DNA of 40,841 nucleotides, from assembly GCA_043767805.1 (NCBI GenBank), contig JAYUGC010000017.1, positions 1 through 40,841 on the forward strand, in the 5' to 3' direction. Position 1 is the stretch's first letter; each line of letters begins with the position of its first letter. This DNA comes from Pseudomonadota bacterium. Lineage in GTDB: Bacteria; Bdellovibrionota; FAC87; UBA2466. The translations under genes and the position numbers were made by a program. Positions 1 through 9,738 of the stretch are shown here, one piece after another. The notes under the pieces were generated by a model. That model did no database searches and was not told the origin of the DNA. It worked only from the letters and a program-made list of their open reading frames with translations.

Positions 1-66
1 TTTCGACGCTGCCGAGGCGTAGCTGTTGAGTCCAAGAACGATCGCAACCACTAGAAGTGTTCTCAT
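1..66 (-). CDS. 5' end of a secreted protein running off the window edge; possibly DUF3015 family by context
   Basis: Not in the ORF track. The reverse complement of 1-66 reads MRTLLVVAIVLGLNSYASAASK, a signal peptide. It is preceded by the SD AAGGA and a sigma70-like promoter. DUF3015 is suggested only because it is a frequent neighbour of DUF4105. Confidence 0.65.
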   Translation of the reverse strand, partial: MRTLLVVAIVLGLNSYASAASK

Positions 67-122
67 TGTACGTGTGTCCTTTAGTTGTGAGGTGGCCAAA
101 GTAAGCCGCCAATTAAGCGCCT

Positions 123-152
123 ATTATAGACAGGGCTTTCCGCGAACGACAA
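123..152 (-). promoter_or_regulatory. sigma70-like promoter for the edge gene
   Basis: Minus strand TTGTCG-N18-TATAAT in the intergenic region. Confidence 0.55.
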
Positions 153-185
153 AGCAAGAATCTCTCGTCTATAGAAGCAGGCGTG

Positions 186-2093
186 TCAAAAATAGTAGCG
201 TCCAGCGACGGTGCACTCGAGCGGATCGGGCCGGCGCACGCCGCCGCGGGCAAAATACTGTTTGCACCCAGCACGCAGTTCCCAGTTCTCAGCGAGCCGC
301 CACGCGTGTTCCCATTGCACGCTCGACCAAAAGGAAGCGAACCCTTGCGACGAGACATTGAAGAATGTCTCCAGACGCAATTTCCATTTCCACCCGGGTA
401 AGGGAGTCGCGAGCCACATCACCTCGGCTTGAGGGCCAGCGCGGTGGATGGGACTTCCCAGCTCGCCTCGGAAACCGGTAAGTAGCGCGAACCGGCTATT
501 CAAAGGACTCCAGTCGAGAGACCAACCCGCCCCGACCTCGAGCTTCCAGCCGGGCGCTGAGGTTAGGCCGAACTCATACCTTTGGAGGTACTCGAAGTTC
601 ATCCGCCAAGACAAAGGTCGATCCCAGTACGACACCGGCGCCAGAGAAGTGATCCCGATTACCTGAAACCGATCGAGAGACACCCAAGGGCGAGTCTCTC
701 CCGCTTTGCGCAAGGAATTGACGTGAATCGTCGCATTGAGACCTTGGATCTCGGAATAAGGAATGAAGCCGCGGTCGTCGTTTAGCAGATCGTGATAAGG
801 AAACCGAACCTGAATCGACTGAAACCCGACGGTCATGGGCTCGGTCAAAAGACCGCCGCCTAACGCGACGAGATAGGGCGCATGACCCTGATTGGGCTCT
901 CTATCCTCAGGGACAGGAATGATTACCTCGGCCGTTTTGCCACCGAGCTCGCTACGAGCGAGGAGCGCTTCCTGAAATTTCTTTTCCCATTCGGGATCCG
1001 TGATCTTGGGCTTACGGTATTTAACCCACGCGGCATAAGCTTCCAGGGTCTCCGCCGACTTGATGGATTTCGGAGTCACCTCGGCGGCGCGTAAGGCTTT
1101 CAAATCGCGAGTCTGGTCATCGCTCAGCCGTTCGATGTGGCGGTAGAAGATTTGGCGGAATGAGGGACGGAAACGCCTCGCCACCACCGCGCCGGGGGTC
1201 CGGCTGAGGTGCTTCACCATTTCCCCGGGAACCGAAAAGACGCCGTTGCCCGTAAGCTTCCAGTCAGGCCGCATGATTTCGAGCAAATAGAGAATGTGAA
1301 ACGAGCAGTTCTCGTCGGCGAAGTAGTAGTCGAACCAGCTGACCGTCTCCATCTCCCACAAGTGCAGGACGATGAAATGGACCTCCGCCGGCGTGAAACT
1401 GAGCTCGTACTCCCAGAGATCGCGGTTCTCCGAGTCGAGGTACTCCCGGATCTTCTCGTAATAGGGAACGAGAGAGAACTGCCCGAGATAGCCACCGGTC
1501 AAGCCGAACCAGATGAAGGAAAACGAGTTCTCGTCGGGAGAAACGTTGGCGGCGAAGTTCACGCCGTAGTCGAGTAGCTCGCTATTACCCTTCGCGTTCA
1601 GTTTGAGCAGCGAGTGGCCAAACATAGAGCTTGGGTTATTGGAATAAGCGCTCGAAAAAACCAAAGAGACCGACTTGGCGTTCGTCTTCCCCAAAAACGT
1701 ATCCAGTAGCTCGCATTTCCCCAGAGGGGGAAACTCGAGGCCAAGGCGCTTCGACAGCCATTCGGTGCGGAAAGGAAACGCGCAGCGCAGCGGCTGCTTC
1801 AACTTCCCGGTCATCCCCTCGCGCGCCTTGGGATCGTTCAGCTTTCGCACGCTAGCCAAAAGCTCGGCATACGGATCGGTTTTCCCGTCGGGAGAGAGAA
1901 AATAATCCGGGCCGTCCAAAAGACTCGAATCGCCCCGGAACCAGTGCGGAGAATAGTGAAGTACCTTCCTCCACTCGTCGCTATTGCCCAGGGTACGAAG
2001 CTCTTTTTCGTGGCTGGAAATCCAAGCTTCCGTTTCGAACGCTTGAGCCGCGAGTGAAACGCCAATCCCGAGGAGGACTAAGACGAACTTCAT
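186..2093 (-). CDS. DUF4105 / Lnb N-terminal-domain protein with probable C-terminal outer-membrane beta-barrel
   Basis: Signal peptide (SLAAQA). Motifs CAFPFR, SSMFGHSLL, YGVNFAA, ENRDLWEYEL and DYYFADENCS are typical of DUF4105, with a His/Cys pair. The C-terminal part has amphipathic strands and ends in YYF. Confidence 0.8.
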   Translation of the reverse strand: MKFVLVLLGIGVSLAAQAFETEAWISSHEKELRTLGNSDEWRKVLHYSPHWFRGDSSLLDGPDYFLSPDGKTDPYAELLASVRKLNDPKAREGMTGKLKQPLRCAFPFRTEWLSKRLGLEFPPLGKCELLDTFLGKTNAKSVSLVFSSAYSNNPSSMFGHSLLKLNAKGNSELLDYGVNFAANVSPDENSFSFIWFGLTGGYLGQFSLVPYYEKIREYLDSENRDLWEYELSFTPAEVHFIVLHLWEMETVSWFDYYFADENCSFHILYLLEIMRPDWKLTGNGVFSVPGEMVKHLSRTPGAVVARRFRPSFRQIFYRHIERLSDDQTRDLKALRAAEVTPKSIKSAETLEAYAAWVKYRKPKITDPEWEKKFQEALLARSELGGKTAEVIIPVPEDREPNQGHAPYLVALGGGLLTEPMTVGFQSIQVRFPYHDLLNDDRGFIPYSEIQGLNATIHVNSLRKAGETRPWVSLDRFQVIGITSLAPVSYWDRPLSWRMNFEYLQRYEFGLTSAPGWKLEVGAGWSLDWSPLNSRFALLTGFRGELGSPIHRAGPQAEVMWLATPLPGWKWKLRLETFFNVSSQGFASFWSSVQWEHAWRLAENWELRAGCKQYFARGGVRRPDPLECTVAGRYYF

Positions 2094-2935
2094 GACGCGT
2101 TTCCTAACTTCCGATCGATGAGCTCCAGCAGCGCCTTCTGGTACTTGCCGTTCTCTCTTTGGAGCGCGTCGATATGCTGCCCGCCTTCAATCTTCCAAAA
2201 CGTCTTGGGCTCCCCGGCTTTTTCGAAAAGCTCTTCTCCCAGCTCAAAAGGAACGCCCTTATCTTCGGTTCCGTGAATGACCAGGAGCGGACGAGGGGAA
2301 ATCTCGGAGAGCACCGACTCCGGCGCCCATTTGTCGCTAAGCACAAGCCACGCCATCCATTGAAAAGGCCAAGTGATCCAGGTACCGGCCAAGGCCTTCC
2401 GGCCGACCTTCTGGTAAGACAGAAAAGAAGAGTCGATGACGACGAGCTTTACGGGAATGTCTTTGGGCGTGTCGCCCAGAACGCGTAACGCCACCGCGCC
2501 GCCTAAGCTTTGGCCGAGCACGATCCAGGGGACGTTCGGCCGATTCAGTTTGAGCCAATCGAGATAGAGCCTTCCCGCCTTCACCGTGGACTCGGGACTG
2601 GGGTCTCCCGTGGAAAGGCCGTAGCCGGGGTAATCGAAAATCAAAACCTCGTAGCCCGCTTTCAGTAGGAATAGTGAGCTTAAGACATGAGAGCTCAAGT
2701 TCTCGGCGTTACCGTGAAAGAAGAACACCACCGCCTTCGGCGTTTTTGTCTCGGGCGCTTTTAGAAGCCAGGCGTGAATCTTGGCGTCGTCCTGTCCCAA
2801 GGGAAGCGAAAGATTTTCGAGCTTGTAACCCAACTTGATGGGGTTGGAGTAAAGCTGCTGGGTCGGGTAATAGAGCATGCCCGAACAACCCGTCGTCAAA
2901 AGAAGCAGGAGACCGAAAACAAACCGCCTAGCCAT
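2090..2935 (-). CDS. alpha/beta hydrolase lipoprotein (YfhR/ABHD-like)
   Basis: Start re-set to MARRFVFGLLLLLTTGC (lipobox). Motifs FHGNAEN, DYPGYG, the GQSLGG nucleophile elbow, HGTED and GGQH. It overlaps both neighbours. Confidence 0.85.
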   Translation of the reverse strand: MARRFVFGLLLLLTTGCSGMLYYPTQQLYSNPIKLGYKLENLSLPLGQDDAKIHAWLLKAPETKTPKAVVFFFHGNAENLSSHVLSSLFLLKAGYEVLIFDYPGYGLSTGDPSPESTVKAGRLYLDWLKLNRPNVPWIVLGQSLGGAVALRVLGDTPKDIPVKLVVIDSSFLSYQKVGRKALAGTWITWPFQWMAWLVLSDKWAPESVLSEISPRPLLVIHGTEDKGVPFELGEELFEKAGEPKTFWKIEGGQHIDALQRENGKYQKALLELIDRKLGNAS

Positions 2936-3389
2936 CCGACGGCCTCGTGAGCTTCTCGATGAGGGATCTGTGCTGAGGAAACACTTTGATAAGGTAAGCG
3001 CGCTCGCCATGCTCGTAGGTCTCATACTGAAAAGGCGGGGCCACGGTGCAGCCTAGCAGGGCCCACTTGCCTCCGTCCCGAAGACGCGTCGCTTGCCAGA
3101 CGCCTCCTGGCGCCAAAGCCTGCGGTTTTTCACCGCGCTCGAAATGCGGGCCTATGACCTGAACCTCGGTGCGCCCGTCGTCGTGGAGCAAGACCATCTC
3201 GACGGAGTCGCCCCGGTAGAAATGAAAGACTTCATCCTGAGGCAGGCGGTGAAGCGCCGAAAACTCCGTCGGCGTAACGAAATAGTAGATGGCGCTGGAG
3301 TCTTTCGAGCGATAGGTGGAACGGAAATACCCGCCTTCGGGTGGTAACCACTCCAAATTGAGCAAACTAATGACGGACTCGGCGTCCAT
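2928..3389 (-). CDS. cupin domain protein (DUF985 / Cupin_5)
   Basis: Motifs PEGGYFR, SAIYY, SALHRL..DEVFHFYRG, GVWQA and LLGCTVAPPF. Confidence 0.9.
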   Translation of the reverse strand: MDAESVISLLNLEWLPPEGGYFRSTYRSKDSSAIYYFVTPTEFSALHRLPQDEVFHFYRGDSVEMVLLHDDGRTEVQVIGPHFERGEKPQALAPGGVWQATRLRDGGKWALLGCTVAPPFQYETYEHGERAYLIKVFPQHRSLIEKLTRPSDG

Positions 3390-3390
3390 C

Positions 3391-6300
3391 CTAGTTCAGC
3401 CGGACGCTCGCCATACGGGAAACGCCTGCGCGCTCCATGGTGACGCCGTAAAGCGCGTCCGCGATTTCCATCGTCTTCTTGTTGTGGGTGATGACGATGA
3501 ACTGCGTCTTCTCGGACATCTTGCGGATGACCGTATTGAAACGAGACACGTTCGCGTCATCGAGAGGCGCGTCGACCTCATCCAGCAAGCAGAACGGGCT
3601 CGGCTTACGGGCGAAGATGGAGAGCACGAGGCTCACCGCGGTCAGCGCCTTCTCACCGCCCGAAAGCAGCGAGATGCTCTGGAACCGCTTGCCCGGAGGC
3701 TGAACCATGATGTCCACGCCGGCATCCAAGGGATTTTCCGTCGCGGTCAGCGCGAGCTCGGCCTTTCCGCCGTTGAACAGAATCGGGAAAATCTCCCGGA
3801 ACTTTTTGTCCACCGCGTGGAAGGTTTCCTCGAAGCGCTGCCTGGTGGACTCGTTGATCTTGGTGATGGCCTCTTCGAGAATGCCGATGGCTTTCTCCAG
3901 GTCCGTCTTTTGGGTCATCAAGAAGTCGAATCGGCCCTGAATCTCGTCGAACTCCTGAATCGCCGTGAGATTGACCTCGCCGTAGCGAGCCACTTTGGCT
4001 TTCAGGTTGCCCAGGTACTCTTCGAGAAGCGTCGCCTGCTCCGTGGGGAGGAGGAGCTCGAAGGTCACGTTGAGCTCTTGCACGAAGAGCGGCAGCTTAG
4101 ACGCGTCCACTTTGGTGTGTTCGTCGAGACCTTGGAGCTGAACCTGGTAGCGCTCGTCGGCGGAAGCCTTCAGATGCTCGACATCCGAGATGCCTTGGGC
4201 CAGCGCGACTTCCACTTCCTGGAGCTTCGTCAGTACCGCTTCGCGGGACTTCGTGAGCTCGGAAGCCTGCTCGCGCAGCTGGCTGATGGCGTGCGACGTC
4301 TCGTTGAAAGCGTGTTTGGTGTCGGATTGCAGAACGAGGGTCTCGTTCCGCTCCCCTTCCCCGTGCACTTTACGGGTCTGGATGCCCGCTCTTTGGTGAT
4401 CGAGGTTGCCCAGCTCTTGGGTATCTTTTGAGCGCTGATCGCGGATGGCTTCCTTGCGGCGCGTGGCCTGGGCCACTTCGTGATTGGTCTTATCCAGCTT
4501 GTAATCGATGCTGGTGATGCGCTCCTCTAAGCGCGAGCACTCGACCTTGCGCTCGTTGAGCTCGTCGGAAATTTCGGTCGCCTTCTCACCCGCGTGGGTG
4601 ATGTGCTTGTCCGCTTCCTCGAGCTGGAGCTTGAAGGCGTCGTCCTCGCCGGTGAGCCCGTCCAATTCCAGACGCCATTTATCCAAATCCTCGGCGTACT
4701 GATTGATCTGGACCTGGTTGCGCTGCGACTCGGCCATGGCGGAGTTGTAGTCGCGCTCGGTGCGCGTGATCTGAAGCTGGAAGGTTTCCTTCTCTTTGCG
4801 GCACTCGACGCTCTCGATGTGCAAAGCAGATAGCTTGTCCTTCATCTCGTCGTGCAGGCGTTCCTGCTCCTGCAGGTGATTAAGGAGCGACTCGCGCTCG
4901 GCCGTCTTCGCGTCGAGCTCCGTTTGGAGCGTCTGGCAAAGCTCGGTCAATTCGTCGATCTCACGCCGTCGGGCGAAAACGCCCATCTTCGTGGGCAAAA
5001 GCCCGGCCGTCACCGACCGGTCCTTGTGAGCCACGGCGCCGGTGTCGGCGGAGAGAAAGGTCTTGTCCGGGTACTGAGCGCGCAGAGAAAAGAGCGCTTC
5101 CCAGTTATCGACGAGGTAGACGTCGCCCAGCCAGCGGTTCGCGGCGGCTTCAAAGCCCGCCGTCACCCGCACGCGTCCCAAAAGGGGACGGGCACCGGCG
5201 ATTTCAATCGCGGGCGCGCTTGCGGTCATCTCGCTCAAAGCGACGACGCGCACGCGCTCCAGGTTCTTTTCCTGAATGAGACGCGCGAGCTCCTTGGCCT
5301 GATGGGCCTCGGGAACGATGAGCGTGTTCATGTCGTTGCCGAGAAGCATCTCGAGCTTTTCCTCGACGTCGGCTTCGGGCTGAATCACTTCAGCGAGAGG
5401 CTGGGCCGGGAGGGACGCTTCCTGGAGCTTCAACAAAATTTCGCGCGCGGTGGGCGAGTAGCCTTCCAGGTTTTCCTGGAGCTCCTTCAACGATTCCCAG
5501 CGAGAGCGCTTACCGTGGTAATTCTCGCGCAGCTGAAATAGGACATCTTCGGATTCGGAGAGACGCTTCGAAATGAGATCGCACTCGGAATGGAGCGACT
5601 CGGTGCCCGACTGAGCCTCACGGCTACGATCGGCCACGCCTTGAATCTTCGCTTCGGCTTCCTCGAGCCCCGATTTGAAACCTTCGAGAGAGGCGACGAT
5701 TTCGGAAACCCGGAGATTCAAATCGTCGCGCTGCTCGGCGGCTTCCCGCGTGCGGGCTTCCCCGTGCTCGACCTGCTTCTTGAGCGACGCTTCCTTTTGG
5801 ATCAACTGATTGCGCTGCAGCTGGAGCTGGCCGCGGCGGCGTTCCACGCGCACGCGTTCCTCTTGGATCTCGCGCAGCTTTTCTTCCATCTCGTCGATGC
5901 CGTTCTCGGCATCCGCCAGCTGATTGCGCGCTTCTTCCTTCTCGAGGGCGACCTTCTCGGACTCCTCGATGAGGTTCGAGACGTTGCTATCGAGCTCGGC
6001 CTCTTCGCGCTGGCCGTTCTCAATCGACGTGCTAAGGTTCTTTTTGCGCTCTTCGAAGAGCGACAAATCGCTCTCTAGCTTTTGGATGAGCAGCGAGAGC
6101 TCGCGCTCTTTCTGGCTCAAATCCTGGAACTCGCGCTCCTGGTCGACGCGCTGGACTTCGAGCTGCGTGAGCTCGGCGTCGATCTCGCCGACCCGGGCAT
6201 CCGAGGAGGAACGCTCGTTCTGCAAAGATGCCTTGGAGACTTCGAGCTCCACGACGGCCTTTACCAAGTCGTGCACTTTGCGGCCCATGAGGTGGAGGTC

Positions 6301-6993
6301 CACCGTCTCGAGCTCGCCTTTTAATTCCTTGTAGCGCTTCGCGCGGGTGGCTTGCACTTTCAGCGTGCGGATGCGCTTATCGAGCTCGTTGATGATGTCT
6401 TGCAGGCGCGTGAGATTCAGGCGCGTGCTCTCCAGCTTCTTCTCGGCTTCCTTGCGCTTGGCCTTATATTTCGTGATACCCGCGACTTCCTCGAAAAGCA
6501 TGCGGCGCTCTTCGGGCTTTACGTTGATCATCCGGTCGATCTGACCTTGCTCGATGATCGAGTACGCGCGGCGGCCCACGCCGGTATCCATGAACAGCTC
6601 GTGGACGTCCTTCAGCCGGCACTTGGACTTATTGATCATGTACTCGTTCGTACCGTCTCGATAGATACGGCGAGTGATGGCGATTTCATCGCCCTTGTCG
6701 AAAGCCGCGAACTGAGGCGCGAGAGCGACTCCCTTGCGATCGAGTACCAGGCTGACTTCCGCCATGGAGACGGGGGCCTTGCCTTCGGCGCCGCCGAAGA
6801 TGACGTCGGTCATCGATTCGCCGCGCAGGTGCTTGGGGCTCTGTTCACCCATCACCCAGAGGATGGCGTCGACGATGTTGCTCTTGCCGCAACCATTCGG
6901 GCCGACGACTCCGGTCACGCTGGCATCGAAAGTAAGAATGGTCCGGTCCATGAAGGACTTGAACCCTAGTAGCTCCAAACGCTTTAAACGCAT
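3391..6993 (-). CDS. smc: chromosome segregation protein SMC
   Basis: Starts MRLKRLELLGFKSF. Walker A GPNGCGKSN, long coiled coils with a hinge, signature LSGGEK, and Walker B/D-loop LLDEVDAPLD. Confidence 0.97.
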   Translation of the reverse strand: MRLKRLELLGFKSFMDRTILTFDASVTGVVGPNGCGKSNIVDAILWVMGEQSPKHLRGESMTDVIFGGAEGKAPVSMAEVSLVLDRKGVALAPQFAAFDKGDEIAITRRIYRDGTNEYMINKSKCRLKDVHELFMDTGVGRRAYSIIEQGQIDRMINVKPEERRMLFEEVAGITKYKAKRKEAEKKLESTRLNLTRLQDIINELDKRIRTLKVQATRAKRYKELKGELETVDLHLMGRKVHDLVKAVVELEVSKASLQNERSSSDARVGEIDAELTQLEVQRVDQEREFQDLSQKERELSLLIQKLESDLSLFEERKKNLSTSIENGQREEAELDSNVSNLIEESEKVALEKEEARNQLADAENGIDEMEEKLREIQEERVRVERRRGQLQLQRNQLIQKEASLKKQVEHGEARTREAAEQRDDLNLRVSEIVASLEGFKSGLEEAEAKIQGVADRSREAQSGTESLHSECDLISKRLSESEDVLFQLRENYHGKRSRWESLKELQENLEGYSPTAREILLKLQEASLPAQPLAEVIQPEADVEEKLEMLLGNDMNTLIVPEAHQAKELARLIQEKNLERVRVVALSEMTASAPAIEIAGARPLLGRVRVTAGFEAAANRWLGDVYLVDNWEALFSLRAQYPDKTFLSADTGAVAHKDRSVTAGLLPTKMGVFARRREIDELTELCQTLQTELDAKTAERESLLNHLQEQERLHDEMKDKLSALHIESVECRKEKETFQLQITRTERDYNSAMAESQRNQVQINQYAEDLDKWRLELDGLTGEDDAFKLQLEEADKHITHAGEKATEISDELNERKVECSRLEERITSIDYKLDKTNHEVAQATRRKEAIRDQRSKDTQELGNLDHQRAGIQTRKVHGEGERNETLVLQSDTKHAFNETSHAISQLREQASELTKSREAVLTKLQEVEVALAQGISDVEHLKASADERYQVQLQGLDEHTKVDASKLPLFVQELNVTFELLLPTEQATLLEEYLGNLKAKVARYGEVNLTAIQEFDEIQGRFDFLMTQKTDLEKAIGILEEAITKINESTRQRFEETFHAVDKKFREIFPILFNGGKAELALTATENPLDAGVDIMVQPPGKRFQSISLLSGGEKALTAVSLVLSIFARKPSPFCLLDEVDAPLDDANVSRFNTVIRKMSEKTQFIVITHNKKTMEIADALYGVTMERAGVSRMASVRLN

Positions 6994-7055
6994 TATTCCC
7001 GCTTTTAAAACAAGGTCGATACCCGGCAACCCCCCGCCACCGAGCCCAACCTAAA

Positions 7056-9725
7056 CTACGCTGATTTATCTTTAAGAACGGCTTGAGCCGCCGCCAACCG
7101 AGCCACTGGGACCCGGAAGGGCGAACAGCTGACGTAATTAAAGCCGAGACGATGGCAGAATTCAATCGTTGCCGTATCGCCCCCCTGCTCCCCGCAAATA
7201 CCTATTTTTAATTTGGAATTCGTCTTCCTGCCCCGTTCGCAGGCAATCTTAATGAGCTCGCCCACTCCCTCTTGGTCCAGGGAGATGAAGGGATCCACCC
7301 GATAGACCCCTTGTTCGACATAAGTCGGGAGAAAGGAGCCTGAGTCGTCCCGGGAAAGCCCGAGCGCCATCTGGGTGAGATCGTTCGTTCCGAAGGAGAA
7401 AAAGGCGGCCTCGGTCGCGATTTTATCCGCCACCAGACACGCCCGCGGAATCTCGATCATGGTGCCCACGGTGTAGGGAATCTTCACGCCCTGAGCTTTG
7501 AGAACCGCTTCGCAGACCTTATCGATATTGGCTTTCAGGATGTGGAACTCCTGAAGCGTCCCGATGAAGGGAATCATGATCTCGGGCTCGATCTTGAAGT
7601 CCTCGTTTTTAACGAGGTAGCAAGCGGCTTCGAGAATCGCTTTCGCCTGCATGTCGTAAATCTCGGGGTAGGAAACGCCGAGACGGCAGCCGCGATGGCC
7701 CAGCATGGGATTCAACTCGTGGAGCGTGCGCGATTTCTCGAGCATGGCGTCCGGAGAGGTGTTCAGCGCTTCGGCCACGGCCCGCGCTTCGGACTCCGAC
7801 TTCGGCAGAAACTCATGGAGCGGCGGATCCAAGAGACGGATCGTGACCGGAAGGCCCTTCATCTCGCGGAAAATCGCGAGGAAGTCGTCCTTCTGCATCG
7901 GGAAAATTTTCGCGAGCGCTTGCTCGCGCGAAGGCTTGGTGCTTGCCAGAATCATCTCGCGGACGGCGGCGATGCGATTTTCGCCGAAAAACATGTGCTC
8001 CGTGCGGCAAAGCCCGACGCCTTGCGCGCCGAACTGGCGGGCGACTTTCACGTCGTGCGGGGTCTCGGCGTTCGCGCGCACTTCGAGAACGCGCTTTTCG
8101 TCCACCCAGCGCATGAACTGGCCGAAGTATTCGTCCACTTGGGTGACGATCATGGGCACGAAGCCCAAGATGACCTCGCCCGTCGCACCATCGATGGTGA
8201 GCTGGTCGTTCTTCTTGACGACGACGCCGCCCACTGAGAACTGCTGCTTCTTGTAATCGATGTTGATGGAGCCGCAACCCGCGACACACGGCTTACCCAT
8301 GCCGCGCGCGACCACCGCCGCGTGCGACGTCATTCCGCCCAAGGCGGTGAGGATACCTTCGGCGGCGTCCATGCCGGAGATGTCTTCCGGAGACGTTTCG
8401 TGGCGGACGAGCAGTACGGCCTTGCCGTTTTTGCGCATTTCTTCCGCTTCATCCGACGAGAAAACGACCGTGCCCGAAGCGGCGCCCGGCGAAGCCGGAA
8501 GCCCCTTGGCGATGACGCTCTTCTTCGCCCGGGGATCGAGCCGGGGGTGAAGGAGCTGCTCGATCTGCTCCGGCGTAACGCGCATGATCGCTTCTTCCGG
8601 CGAAATGAGCTTTTCGCGGACCATGTCGACCGCGATGCGAACGGCGGCACTCGCGGTGCGCTTGCCGTTACGGGTCTGGAGCATGAAGAGCTTGCCCTTT
8701 TGGATCGTGAACTCGATGTCTTGCATGTCCCGGTAATGGGTCTCGAGTTTCGCGTAGAGCGACACGAGCTGAGCGTAATTTTCAGGGAAGGACTTTTCTA
8801 AAGTAATTTCGCCTTTACCGTCGGCGGCCGAACCTTGATTGATGGGAAGCGGCGTGCGGATGCCCGCAACCACGTCCTCGCCTTGCGCGTTGGGCAGGAA
8901 CTCGCCGAAAAACCGTTTTTCTCCCGTCGAGGGATCGCGCGTGAACGCGACGCCGGTTGCCGACGTATCGCCCATATTGCCGAACACCATCGCCTGCACG
9001 TTGACCGCCGTTCCCCATTGCTCGGGAATCCGGTGAATGCGGCGGTAGCTGCGCGCGCGGGGCGCGAGCCAGGAGCCGAACACGGCGCTGATGGCACCCC
9101 AAAGCTGGGCCTTGAGGTCCAAGGGAAACGCTTTGCCCGTCTCGCGCTTGACGACGTCTTTGTAGTCGGCGACGAGCTTCTTCAAATAATCCGCGGGGAG
9201 CTCAGAATCTTCTTCGGTACCGGCCCGGCGCTTGGATTGATCGAGGAGCGTTTCGAAATGATGGAGCGAAACACCAAGGACCACGTCCGAGTACATCTGA
9301 ATGAAGCGGCGGTAAGCGTCGTAAGCAAAGCGCTCGTCTTTGGACTGAGCCGCGAGACCCACGACGGTCTCGTCGTTAAGTCCCAAATTCAAGATGGTGT
9401 CCATCATGCCGGGCATGCTGACCCGGGCCCCGGAGCGTACTGAGACCAGGAGCGGATTTTTGGCGTCGCCAAATTTCTCGCCGAGAAGGCTTTCCATCTT
9501 GCCGATGGCCGCCTCGACCTCGGTTTCTAGTCCCGACGGATAGGTTTGCGCCTTCTCGTAGTAGTAGGTGCAAACTTCCGTGGTGATGGTGAAGCCGGGC
9601 GGAACCGGCAGGCCGAGGTTGGTCATCTCGTGGAGACCAGCCCCTTTGCCGCCCAGAAGATCTTTCATCTTCTGAGACCCCTCGGCTTTACTACCGCCGA
9701 AGAAATAAACCGCTTTTCCGCTCAT
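7056..9725 (-). CDS. ppdK: pyruvate, phosphate dikinase
   Basis: Motifs LLGGKGAGL, SVRSGARVSMPGMMDT, phospho-His GGMTSHAAVVARG, GLCRTEHM, SFGTNDLTQ and GICGE. SD GAGGA precedes the ATG at 9725. Confidence 0.97.
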   Translation of the reverse strand: MSGKAVYFFGGSKAEGSQKMKDLLGGKGAGLHEMTNLGLPVPPGFTITTEVCTYYYEKAQTYPSGLETEVEAAIGKMESLLGEKFGDAKNPLLVSVRSGARVSMPGMMDTILNLGLNDETVVGLAAQSKDERFAYDAYRRFIQMYSDVVLGVSLHHFETLLDQSKRRAGTEEDSELPADYLKKLVADYKDVVKRETGKAFPLDLKAQLWGAISAVFGSWLAPRARSYRRIHRIPEQWGTAVNVQAMVFGNMGDTSATGVAFTRDPSTGEKRFFGEFLPNAQGEDVVAGIRTPLPINQGSAADGKGEITLEKSFPENYAQLVSLYAKLETHYRDMQDIEFTIQKGKLFMLQTRNGKRTASAAVRIAVDMVREKLISPEEAIMRVTPEQIEQLLHPRLDPRAKKSVIAKGLPASPGAASGTVVFSSDEAEEMRKNGKAVLLVRHETSPEDISGMDAAEGILTALGGMTSHAAVVARGMGKPCVAGCGSINIDYKKQQFSVGGVVVKKNDQLTIDGATGEVILGFVPMIVTQVDEYFGQFMRWVDEKRVLEVRANAETPHDVKVARQFGAQGVGLCRTEHMFFGENRIAAVREMILASTKPSREQALAKIFPMQKDDFLAIFREMKGLPVTIRLLDPPLHEFLPKSESEARAVAEALNTSPDAMLEKSRTLHELNPMLGHRGCRLGVSYPEIYDMQAKAILEAACYLVKNEDFKIEPEIMIPFIGTLQEFHILKANIDKVCEAVLKAQGVKIPYTVGTMIEIPRACLVADKIATEAAFFSFGTNDLTQMALGLSRDDSGSFLPTYVEQGVYRVDPFISLDQEGVGELIKIACERGRKTNSKLKIGICGEQGGDTATIEFCHRLGFNYVSCSPFRVPVARLAAAQAVLKDKSA

Positions 9726-9738
9726 CCGAAAGTCCTCT

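Noticed and set aside
4000..6400. Repetitive-looking GAGCTC/CTCGAG-rich sequence
   Set aside because: It reflects Glu/Leu codons of the SMC coiled coil, not a repeat array or CRISPR.
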